Shown one piece after another: positions 28,822 through 37,490 of a stretch of 64,000 nucleotides of DNA (its first letter is position 1; the number at the start of each line of letters is the position of its first letter). Made by a program: the position numbers and the translations under genes. Source of the stretch: Acidobacteriota bacterium (GTDB lineage: Bacteria; Acidobacteriota; UBA890; WLXD01); assembly GCA_963666215.2 (NCBI GenBank), contig CAXWPL010000001.1, positions 288,001 through 352,000 of the forward strand, given 5' to 3'. The notes beneath the pieces were generated by a model. It saw only the letters and a list, made by a program, of their open reading frames with translations, searched no databases and was not told where the DNA came from.

Positions 28822-30384
28822 GTGTCTGAATTAAAACAACTTAGCCTACTCGACAGGCTCGAGGAGCCCTACGAAGCCCTGCTGACACCAAACGAAATTT
28901 TCAAACTGCTCGATGCGGACATGCTCAGGCGACTGGCCGAGGACCGGAGAATCGAATGGAAACCCGCCAGTTTTCAAGGCCATCCGCTCGGAGAATACAT
29001 CTCGATGTGGGCGAACACCGCCCCCGAGGGCGGCATCATAGTCATTGGTGTTTCCGATGACGGTCGCTTGGAAGGTCTTCGGGCAAAAGGAGATCCATAC
29101 ATCAACAAGATGGAGAAGAACCCTCGCACCTTTTGCCCAGACGCAATTGTCGAAACGTCTCGAATACCGGTCACCAACACAAAGGATAACTGCGACTTCG
29201 TACTCGCCTTTCGAGTTCAGTACCACAAGAGCCGCGTCGTCAAAACAAACAAAGGCCGAGCATATACTCGACGGGGCGATTCTAAGTACGAAGTTCATGG
29301 TGCCGAGTTGCTCGAGCTGCAAGCCGACAAGGACGAGCTCAGCTTCGAAGCGGAACCAAGTCGTCTTTCCTATCCGGATGAATTCGATCTCAAGGCTATT
29401 CGATCCTTTACTGAAAACGTCGCCGGAATACGGGACATGGAGGAGGGCCACACTCGAGAGGACATCTTGTCTCTGATGCACCTTGGTGACAGTACGACGG
29501 GAGAGTTTCAGCCGAACATCGCGTGTACCCTGCTATTCGCAAAGGACTCCCGAAAGGAGATTCCGGGATGCAGGGTCAGGTTTCTCAGGTTCGATGGGGA
29601 CGAAGAAGGAACCGGAGGGAAATGGAACGCGGTCAAGGATGAGGTAATCGATGGCCAAGTACCACAGATGATTGTGGAAACGGACACGCTTATCGAATCC
29701 CAGATTCGCACTTTCTCGAGGCTGGATTCGAACGAACGATTCACGCCACAGCCCGAATACCCCAAAACAGCTTGGCATGAAGCGATCGTAAACGCGTGCG
29801 TGCATCGCTCCTACGGGAATGGTCTGAAAACCACGAACATCTTCGTGAAGATGTTTGACAACCGGCTGGTCATTGAGAGCCCCGGTGGATTTCCGCCATT
29901 CGTAACCCCGGAGAACATCTACGATACCCACCGTCCGAGAAATCCGTACTTGATGGAAGCCATGCGACATCTTGACTTCGTGAAATGCGCACACGAAGGG
30001 ACGCGTCGAATGCGCGCGGTCATGTCGAAGATGTCCTTACCAGATCCAGAATTCCAGGAAAAGGAAAGCGGCAGCTTTCGTGTGCGGGTCACGCTTCGGA
30101 ATAACGTTCATCAACGAAAGGCGTGGGTGGACGTTGATGTAACGGAAGTGATCGGCACTTTGCTCGCTCAGCAATTAGACGAAAACGAGAAGCGATTCGT
30201 GAACTTCATCGCAGAGCATGGTGAATTGAATGTGACCGAAGCCGGCCGACTATCCAGGCTGAGCTGGGCGACTGCCAAGAAAATCCTGATGAAGCTGGTA
30301 GAACGGGGCATTCTTCGCCACGATCGTCGCCGCGATATCGATCGCGATCCTCATGCCAGGTTTAGGCTCAACAAACCGGAATAA
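28822..30384 (+). CDS. Schlafen/AlbA_2 domain + RecG-C-like HATPase + wHTH protein
   Basis: EDRRIEWK..WANTAPEGGIIVIGVSDDG (AlbA_2), EAIVNACVHRSY, DNRLVIESPG, RNPYL, EGTRRM, C-terminal HTH. Confidence 0.85.
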   Translation: MSELKQLSLLDRLEEPYEALLTPNEIFKLLDADMLRRLAEDRRIEWKPASFQGHPLGEYISMWANTAPEGGIIVIGVSDDGRLEGLRAKGDPYINKMEKNPRTFCPDAIVETSRIPVTNTKDNCDFVLAFRVQYHKSRVVKTNKGRAYTRRGDSKYEVHGAELLELQADKDELSFEAEPSRLSYPDEFDLKAIRSFTENVAGIRDMEEGHTREDILSLMHLGDSTTGEFQPNIACTLLFAKDSRKEIPGCRVRFLRFDGDEEGTGGKWNAVKDEVIDGQVPQMIVETDTLIESQIRTFSRLDSNERFTPQPEYPKTAWHEAIVNACVHRSYGNGLKTTNIFVKMFDNRLVIESPGGFPPFVTPENIYDTHRPRNPYLMEAMRHLDFVKCAHEGTRRMRAVMSKMSLPDPEFQEKESGSFRVRVTLRNNVHQRKAWVDVDVTEVIGTLLAQQLDENEKRFVNFIAEHGELNVTEAGRLSRLSWATAKKILMKLVERGILRHDRRRDIDRDPHARFRLNKPE

Positions 30385-30687
30385 TTGGTCGCTGCCTTGC
30401 TCTCTCCCTGCCTTATACACACAAGGGATAGTTACCAAAAGTAAAGGGTCAGTTAATTTGGATACACGGCAACGAGCAAGCCATTCTGGTATTTGTGGAA
30501 GCAGATGACGGTAGGACTTATGAACTCACGTTCAGTGGTCGATGGAACACCGACCTTCAAAAAATGACGACAGATGATCGGCTGTGCGCAATCGGACACG
30601 TAGATAGGGTAGAAATCGACAGCGTGTCGTTGTCTGATTGCAGGCTGCTTAGGTGAACACACTTCTGGGCGCAGATGCGGGACGTGA

Positions 30688-31895
30688 TTACAGGAGCTGC
30701 AACTTGACCCGTAGATATTCCATGCCACGGTCGCCCTTAATGCGGTTGCATGAGCCACACAGCAGTTGCAGGTTGCCGATGTGGTGAGTGCCGCCCTTAG
30801 CGCGGGAGATGATATGATCGACCTCCAGGTGACGCGGCTCGAAGTGGGCGCTACATCCGCCGCAATTGCCGCCCTGGGCACCGTAGAGCGTCTGCCGGTT
30901 GGCCGTGCAGTTGTAGGGCGGTATCTTCCCCAGGTCGGTACGGTGCGGAATATCGGTGCGGTGGGAGCCGTCGTAGTACAAGCCCAGTTCATCGTGCATG
31001 CGTCTCTGGACCAGCTCGGCAGCTTTGGGGCTAATGTCGATGCCGATCCACTGACGGTTCAATCCCTGGGCCGAGATGCACGTTGTGGCGCAGCCACAGA
31101 ATGGTCGAGCACCATGTCTCCTTCGTTCGAGCTGGCAGCGATGATGCGGTCGAGCAACTCGAGTGGCTTCTGGGTGGGGTAGCCGACGCGCTCCTTCGCA
31201 TTGGCATTCAGGAAGGAAAGCTCCCACACATCGCGCATAGCCTTGGTGCCGGAGGTAGCAACATAGGTCTGAGCAAGGCTGCCATCGGACTCTATCCGTG
31301 TCGTTCTGTTTTGTCCCTTGTGCCTTTTGATTCCCTTTGCGCTGTGCGGCTCAAACAGTTGATTGAACTTTGCATCTCCAGACTTGCCAAACATGAGCAC
31401 GACATCATGCATTCTCTGAAAGTTCTTGGTCGCACCAGTCCAGCGGTGGTAGCTCCACACGATCTCGTTGCGGAAGTTGCGTCGCCCGAACACCGCATCC
31501 ATGACCAGTTTCAGGTAGTGGCTCATGGTGGGATCGCAGTGCAGGTAGATGCTTGCCGTAGGCTTCATTGTGTGCCGCAGCCCCAGGAGCCGCGCGGCCA
31601 TGTAAGCGAGATAGGACTTGTCCGATGGAGTCATGGCGGCGAGCAGCACCCGATACAGCGCGGGGTGTTTAGCTTCGATCAGGTTGATCCACTCGGCGTC
31701 AACGTCCGAGAGCGTCCAGGTGTCCTTGAACGCGGCTCCGGCCGCCTTAGATCCGATCGGGGCCGCGTAGTTGGCCTTGGAGTTAAAGGGCGGATCGAGG
31801 TAGATCAGGTCAACGGACTCGCTGTTCATGCCGCGCATGATATCTAGGCAATCGCCAGTCCAAATGGTCTGGTGCGCCCAGTTCGGGGCAGCCAT
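30688..31895 (-). CDS. Beta-class N6/N4 DNA methyltransferase fused to an HNH endonuclease; 1-bp frameshift near 31103
   Basis: VDLIYLDPPF and YPTQKP, then (frame change) PFCGCATT, GIDIS, and HNH CGGC..VDHIISRAKGG..NLQLLCGSCNRIKG. Confidence 0.88.
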
Positions 31896-31898
31896 CAG

Positions 31899-32792
31899 TT
31901 AAGCAACCAGGTCCCGGTATTTCAGCGGGTCGGTGTTGACGATGCGCCGCAACGTATCCATGAAGATACTCGGATTGTCGCGGTTGTTGAACCGCCACTC
32001 CAATTCTTCGAGGTAGCGGTCCATGTGCTTCACGCTGATCTTGTGGAAAGAACCTACAATGGAGCGCTTGAACAGGCTCCATACGCCTTCGATGTTGTTG
32101 GTGTGCACGTCTCCGACGACCCACTCATCGGCTCTGTGATTGACCGTAGCGTGCCGCGTGTCGTCGTCTCCGATGCCAAGGTAGGACTTCAGCTCGTCTG
32201 TATAGATTGCCTCGGTTTCGTCGGTGACGTGGCGCTCGATGAATCCGTGAAGGGTGTGCTTGCGGATGTCTGGGATGCGTTCGAGCCGGACCATTCCGTC
32301 ACGCTGGATTGCACCCGCGACCCATGTTTTACCCTTACGGGAGCCCTTACCGACGCCGCGCCTGCGGCCGCCGACCAGCGTCTCGTCAACCTCGACGATT
32401 CCGAACAGCGTGGGGCCGGTGAAGCCGTCGTTTCCCATCGCCTCTCTGATGCGGTGACAGAGATACCAGGCGGTGCGGTAGGCGACACCGAGAGTGTTCT
32501 GCATCTGTATAGCAGATATGCCTTTCTTCGAGACACACATCAAGTAGATGGCTATGAACCACTTGCGAAGTGGAAGGTGAGAATCGTGCATGATCGTTCC
32601 GGCCGTGACGCTGAACTGGTAGCGGCATGAGCGGCACTGCCACTTGTGGCCCTGTGGAAGCTCTGCAACGTTCGTGTCGCCACAGCGTGTGCAGGCCACG
32701 CCTACTGGCCACCGAAGCTGTTCCAAGGCGTCGTTGCACTTGGAGTCACAGTTGAAACGGTCCATCAACGAAACGAGGCTGTAATCGGTCAT
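31899..32792 (-). CDS. IS1595 family transposase (outer element)
   Basis: CTRCG..CRSC, TAGTIMH, VEVDETLVGG, YTDE, HTNNIEGVWS, YLEELEWRFN. Confidence 0.95.
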   Translation of the reverse strand: MTDYSLVSLMDRFNCDSKCNDALEQLRWPVGVACTRCGDTNVAELPQGHKWQCRSCRYQFSVTAGTIMHDSHLPLRKWFIAIYLMCVSKKGISAIQMQNTLGVAYRTAWYLCHRIREAMGNDGFTGPTLFGIVEVDETLVGGRRRGVGKGSRKGKTWVAGAIQRDGMVRLERIPDIRKHTLHGFIERHVTDETEAIYTDELKSYLGIGDDDTRHATVNHRADEWVVGDVHTNNIEGVWSLFKRSIVGSFHKISVKHMDRYLEELEWRFNNRDNPSIFMDTLRRIVNTDPLKYRDLVA

Positions 32793-32970
32793 GGCTCAGA
32801 CTCCCAAGAAACGGAGAAAGCTACCCAAGAATGCTACGCAGCTACCAGACCGAAAGTTCATGGAGAAGGTGTTTGGCAAGCGCATCATGAAGAAGGTCGA
32901 TGCACTCGTCTCCGAGCTGTCGGAAGATGCTGGCAGGAAAGAGATTTCAACGTCCATGAGAGAAAGATAA
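32791..32970 (+). CDS. 59-aa basic small protein divergent from the outer transposase
   Basis: MAQTPKKRRKLPKNATQLPDRKFMEKVFGKRIMKKVDAL.. Its ATG overlaps the transposase start (CATG); it ends just inside the IR. Confidence 0.5.
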   Translation: MAQTPKKRRKLPKNATQLPDRKFMEKVFGKRIMKKVDALVSELSEDAGRKEISTSMRER

Positions 32971-33968
32971 CCCATGGACAATGATTCGTCAAGTGCATAA
33001 TCACCGCTTTCTCTGGCACCGCCGACGTCCGTAACAACTACGCCACCGCCGTCTCCGAATTCGGTGCAACGGATGCCGCCAAGCTACCCGCGCTGCCGAC
33101 GGTGGATGTAGATGGCGTATCCGTGGAAACGATGGAAGCGATCGTTCGTCTCAAGCACGGCACCATCACCATCAGCGGTGCTGGGGACATTGGCCAGATC
33201 AACGACAACACCAACGGCTACAAGGAAACGATGGACTCGGTCCGCGCCGACGGCACCGTCACTCCGGCCAGCGACGTCTACACCGACGATTGGGGTGGCT
33301 ACGACGCCGCCGACCTCGCGTTCCCGACGCTCGACGACCCGTACACCGATCCGGCCACCGGCACCTTGTGGGCGCATCATCGCGATTTCCTCGATTCGGA
33401 GTCGCTGACCATCACCGAGACCGAGATCTCCACCAACGTCGCAGCCTTCTCTCACTCCGACGGCAGCGGCAACTCGATCGCCTGGGACCCTTCGGCGGGC
33501 GTGCTCAACATCACCGGAATCATCAAAGTCGCCGGCGACATCCATCTGGGACGACACATCGGCCCGCCCGACAGCCGTGGCCTCGAATACTCCGGCACCG
33601 GCACGATCTACTCGACCGACGACCTGTACATCGACGGCGACCTCGTGCCGGTCAACAACTACATCCACGACGGCAACCTCGGGCTGATCGCCGATACTCA
33701 TCTGCACATCGCCAACGCCGCACAAATCAACGTGATGGCGGCGATCTACGGCGAGGATCAGGTCACCGTCGCCAAACAGACCATCATCGCGGGCGCCATC
33801 GTCTCGAACTACTTCGACATGGGCAGCAACGTGCCGTCGATCTACCACGTGCCGCTGCTGCCCTCGAACCTGCCGCCCGGGATGCCGGGTGGCGGCGAGA
33901 TCGGCGTGATCAAGGGAGCCGAGATCCGCAACTGGTTCCCGATCACGGACAGGTAGACGAGGCCCCGC

Positions 33969-34382
33969 ATGACCGATCAGAAGCGCAACGAGAGCGGCAT
34001 GTCGCTCGTCGAGACACTGGTGGCGATGCTGCTGGTGGCGCTCGTGCTGCTTTCGGTGGCGCAACTGTTCAGCGTCGGCGTTGTGGTTAACAAGGCGGCC
34101 GACGACATCACGCTGGTGTCCAGCCTGGCGAGCGAAAAGGTGTCAGAGCTCAAGGAACTGCCCTACGACGCGATCGCGACCGGAGGCTCGCTCAACACCG
34201 ACGTCGCCGGCTTCTTCGACGAGCCCGATGTGGAGGGAGATGGCACCGCCGATTACACCCGCAGGTGGACGGTCACCGATCTGGCCACCCGCAAGTCGAT
34301 CGAGGTGCGAGTTATCGCGACGATCCTGACAACCGGCGACGTCAAACAGACGACGCTCGGCGTGCTGGTGGCCGACCGGTGA
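33969..34382 (+). CDS. Type IV minor pilin (PilV-like)
   Basis: Class III signal ESG|MSLVETLVAMLL. Confidence 0.85.
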   Translation: MTDQKRNESGMSLVETLVAMLLVALVLLSVAQLFSVGVVVNKAADDITLVSSLASEKVSELKELPYDAIATGGSLNTDVAGFFDEPDVEGDGTADYTRRWTVTDLATRKSIEVRVIATILTTGDVKQTTLGVLVADR

Positions 34383-35050
34383 TCGTGCCGCGGCCAGAAC
34401 GCGTCGGGAACGAGGGCTTCTCGCTCCTCGAGATGCTCATCGTGACGGCCCTCGTCGGCCTGCTGATGGGCGGCCTCGCGGGGATCATGCAGAGTGGGCA
34501 GAACACGTTCGAAACCCAGCAGGCCGACATGAACATCCGTCAGGAGGCCCGCGTGGCGCTCGATCTGGTGATGCGCGAGACCCGCCTCGCTGGTTACCAA
34601 ATTGCCAACGTCGCCGAAACGCTCACGGTGGCGTCGCCAAGTCAGGTGCAGTTCGCTGGCGACATCGACGACGGCAGCGACTTTCCGCCGTGCGGGAACG
34701 TCTTCGAGAGCGCCGTTAACGGCGGCGTGGAGCGCATCACCTATCAGCTCGTGAGCGGCAGCTTGCTGCGCGCCGTCGACTGCTGGGACGGTGGCACCTG
34801 GACCAACGAGATCAACAATCAGCTGATGACGCCGAATCTGATCGGGCTGCAGACGCTGTTCCGTTATTTCGACGAAGACGGCGCCCAGATCGCGGCTGGC
34901 GGCGGGGCTCTGACTGCCGCCCAGCGCTCCGCCGTGCGCTCGATCGCGGTCTCGTTCGACCTGCTCGATTCGGGCACCACACAGCTGGTGGGGGATACCC
35001 ACGCGAACTTTCAGATCACCGCCCATGTGGCGCTACGGAACAAGCAATGA
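34379..35050 (+). CDS. Type IV minor pilin (PilW-like)
   Basis: EG|FSLLEMLIV and QEARVALDLVMRETRLAGY. GTGA overlap with the upstream gene. Confidence 0.85.
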   Translation: MIVPRPERVGNEGFSLLEMLIVTALVGLLMGGLAGIMQSGQNTFETQQADMNIRQEARVALDLVMRETRLAGYQIANVAETLTVASPSQVQFAGDIDDGSDFPPCGNVFESAVNGGVERITYQLVSGSLLRAVDCWDGGTWTNEINNQLMTPNLIGLQTLFRYFDEDGAQIAAGGGALTAAQRSAVRSIAVSFDLLDSGTTQLVGDTHANFQITAHVALRNKQ

Positions 35051-35130
35051 GCCAAGCCGCCTCCAGCCCCTTGCGGGAACAAACCATCGGCAAGCCTTGG
35101 CAGCACCGCGGGCAACCAGGAGCGACGACC

Positions 35131-35616
35131 ATGACACGACGCCGCAACCAGCGGAAGCTGAGGAACTACCTCCTGAAGCCCGCCTTGCAGTTCCGCTATG
35201 GCTTCTATCTGTTCGCCATGACGGTAACCGTCTCGATGGTGATCCAGATGCAGCTCGTCTACACGCTGCAGCAATCGCTTGTGGCCTCACTCGCCGCCAT
35301 TGGTTTGGACCCATACCTGCTTGCGCAGGCGGTGACGCGACCGCTTCGAACACTCGCGGTGCGAACCGCGATGCTGACCCCCATGGTCGGCTTGTTGTGC
35401 GTCGGTTTCGCGATCTACGCCACGCACCGTTTCGTCGGCCCGCAAGTTACCCTCAAGCGTCACGTGCGCGCCCTGATCGCCGGCGACTACGACAGCGTCT
35501 GCCGGCTGCGAGCCAAGGACGAGCTCGGCGAGATGGCCGAGGTGCTCAACGAGCTCGCCAAGTCGCTCAAAAAGCGTCACGACGTCGCCGAGCACCCCGA
35601 GCGGAAGGTCGCCTAG
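35131..35616 (+). CDS. Two-TM HAMP-like membrane protein, paralog of 25936-26421
   Basis: RKLRNYLLKPALQFRYGFYLF..THRFVGPQV..CRLRAKDEL. AGGAG RBS upstream. Confidence 0.8.
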   Translation: MTRRRNQRKLRNYLLKPALQFRYGFYLFAMTVTVSMVIQMQLVYTLQQSLVASLAAIGLDPYLLAQAVTRPLRTLAVRTAMLTPMVGLLCVGFAIYATHRFVGPQVTLKRHVRALIAGDYDSVCRLRAKDELGEMAEVLNELAKSLKKRHDVAEHPERKVA

Positions 35617-35723
35617 CCGGACTCTGGGATGTCGCCGCATAGAGCGCACGCGACCCACGCAGGAGTGCGCCGAATCGGGCTTGCGCGCCTGCTGGGCGTC
35701 TGCTTTCCTCTTCGCTGGTACGC

Positions 35724-35798
35724 GGCCCCATCGTCTAGCCTGGCCCAGGACACCGCCCTCTCAAGGCGGAGACACGGGTTCAAATCCCGTTGGGGCTA
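35724..35798 (+). tRNA. tRNA-Glu (CTC)
   Basis: Acceptor GGCCCCA/TGGGGCT, anticodon arm CCGCC-CTCTCAA-GGCGG, T arm GGTTCAAATCC. CCA is not encoded. Confidence 0.95.
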
Positions 35799-35857
35799 CT
35801 GCTTCAAAACCCTTTGACAGCAAGGCCAACCGACTCACCGGCCATACGGAGCGGTTC

Positions 35858-36196
35858 GTGTTGAACCGCTGGGTGCCGGAGCCGGCTCGACGAGGGGATC
35901 CAGAGCCACTTCCGCTGGCGGAGAGAATCCTACTCACAGGCAACGCCACGCTGGGCTACGGCTTCTTCTCGGGCAAGGTCTACAACGGGAGTTCCTGGCA
36001 GGTGACAGAAATCACTTTCTCTGTCGGAGCGCTGGAGAAAGACGGCTCGGAGCGCTGGAGAAGGCAGTTTCGGCACAGCGTCACGATTGCGCCCCTCACG
36101 ACGGGGAGCTTCAGCCTGCGCGTCACGGGTGAAGAGGGGGTTAAATCGACGGTGTGGAGCCTAGTCGCCGTACTAGGCTATCCGGCGCAGCGATGA
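35858..36196 (+). CDS. Hypothetical beta-rich protein or fragment; start uncertain
   Basis: Protein-like frame FSGKVYNGSSWQVTEITFSV..TIAPLTTGSF directly downstream of the tRNA. Confidence 0.4.
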   Translation: MLNRWVPEPARRGDPEPLPLAERILLTGNATLGYGFFSGKVYNGSSWQVTEITFSVGALEKDGSERWRRQFRHSVTIAPLTTGSFSLRVTGEEGVKSTVWSLVAVLGYPAQR

Positions 36197-36395
36197 TGGG
36201 CTGCCTCCGTGACTCGTGACCGAGACGCCGCGGCGAGTGATGGCCTGCCGGCAGACCATCCCGAACGCTACCATCGAATCCGAGTCCCCTCTGAGCACGT
36301 CCTGAGCGCGTCGCTGCGTTCGCTCGGGGCAATCTCGCGCAGGCTCCTGGGTCCTTCGCTTGAGCGCTACCAGCGATGACCAACGGCTGTAGCTA

Positions 36396-37456
36396 GGCGT
36401 CTATCAGCCCGCGGCCGCCTTCATTTTCTTCCGCACCGAAGGCGGGGTGACCTCGGTGGCGATCTCGCCGGCCGGCGAGGCCACGGCGCTGGCCGAGAAG
36501 CAGATCATGAACGAGGTCGTGGAGATCGAGCGCGGCTCGAGCCTGTGGGGTCACGTGCAGGCGCAGCTCGAGCGCTTCGACCCCGAGCAGATCGGCGTCA
36601 ACACCGGTAGCAGTCCGATCGCCGACGGCCTGTCGCACTCGCAGTACTCCGCCATGGTCGAGGGGCTGTCACCTCATTGGATCGCGCGCGTCGTGTCGGC
36701 CGAGCCGATGATCCACGCCTGGCTGGCCGTGAAGCTGCCGGCCGAGGTGGAGATCATGCGACGCGCCGCCGAGCTTACGGCGCAATGGGAGGTCGAGGCT
36801 TACCAGGAGGCGATCGGCGGGGTCACGACCGATCGCCAGATCGCCGACTTTCTCGAGGTCAGGATGGAGGCGGCCGGGGTCGCCGACGGCTGGGCGCCGG
36901 AGCAGAACCCGGCGGTGAACTCGGGCAGGGACCGAGGCCACTCCCACCCCACCGACCGTGTGATCCAGCCCGGCGACTTCATCCAGGTCGACTTCGGTAT
37001 CAAGGTGCACAACATGTGGGTGACCGACATCCAGCGCTTCGCCTACGTGCTGGCTCCGGGCGAAACGAAGGCACCGGCCGAGGCGCTTGCCAAGTGGCGC
37101 GCCGCGGTAGCCGGCAGCCGTGCGGCGTTCGAGGCCATGCGCCCGGGTGTCACCGGCGCCGAGGTCGACCGCGCCCAGCGCCAGTAATGTGGAGCACCGG
37201 CCACCCAGTGGGCTACTGGGCCCACGACAGCGGCCCGGCGCTGTCGGGCGGCCGTCCCGGCGCCACCCCCTCAGGGCGTCAGCTACTCGAGCTCCGACCC
37301 GGCATGACCTTCGCCTTCGACGGCTTCCACTCCTGGGAGCTCGACGACGCCGACACCAAGACGATCTCCGTGGAGGAGATGGTGGTGATCACCGAAGAGG
37401 GCGCCGAGTGGATCGTGCAGCCGCAGCAGGACCTGATCTTGATCGAGAGCCGCTAG
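36396..37456 (+). pseudogene. M24 (Xaa-Pro) peptidase, 5'-truncated, with an internal frameshift/deletion at ~37180
   Basis: GHSHPTDRVIQPGDFIQVDFG and TDIQR, then a frame change to WSTGHPVGYWAHD..SVEEMVV. In-frame TAG at 36390; no start or signal peptide. Confidence 0.75.
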
Positions 37457-37490
37457 CGTTCCGGGTTCTGGATGGCCCGTGGCGGTTCGG

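Larger units (their letters stand above)
27631..30436. mobile_element. Inner IS1595-family transporter element (2806 bp)
   Basis: IRs GGTAATTATCCCTTGACTGTATAAG (27631-27655) and the reverse complement of 30412-30436 match 22/25. 8-bp TSD AAAAGTAA at 27623-27630 and 30437-30444. Confidence 0.95.
27348..30656 (+). pseudogene. Passenger membrane protein (2 TM + putative OB-fold-like domain) split by the inner element
   Basis: 27348-27630 joined to 30445-30656 gives an uninterrupted 164-aa ORF (..MGKELKV|KGQLIWIHGNEQAILVFVEA..LSDCRLLR*). Confidence 0.75.
27300..33005. mobile_element. Outer IS1595-family transporter element (5706 bp)
   Basis: IRs GGTGATCCTGCACTTGACGAATCAT (27300-27324) and the reverse complement of 32981-33005 match 23/25. 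8-bp TSD GCTTTCTC at 27292-27299 and 33006-33013. Confidence 0.95.
26617..33956 (+). pseudogene. PilX-like minor pilin/pilus assembly gene interrupted by the IS1595 element (parts 26617-27299 and 33014-33956)
   Basis: Prepilin-like ERGFGLLMTLLVL and AHFAADSGIE. Removing the element and one TSD gives a continuous 541-aa ORF (..PPTIAFS|GTADVRNN..). Confidence 0.88.

Noticed and set aside
28822-30384. recG helicase call
   Set aside because: No DExH helicase motifs; it has only the AlbA_2/HATPase-like architecture that is often mislabelled RecG.
27300-33005. Composite transposon bounded by two IS1595 copies
   Set aside because: The two transposases differ and have separate IR/TSD sets; the geometry is nested, not composite.
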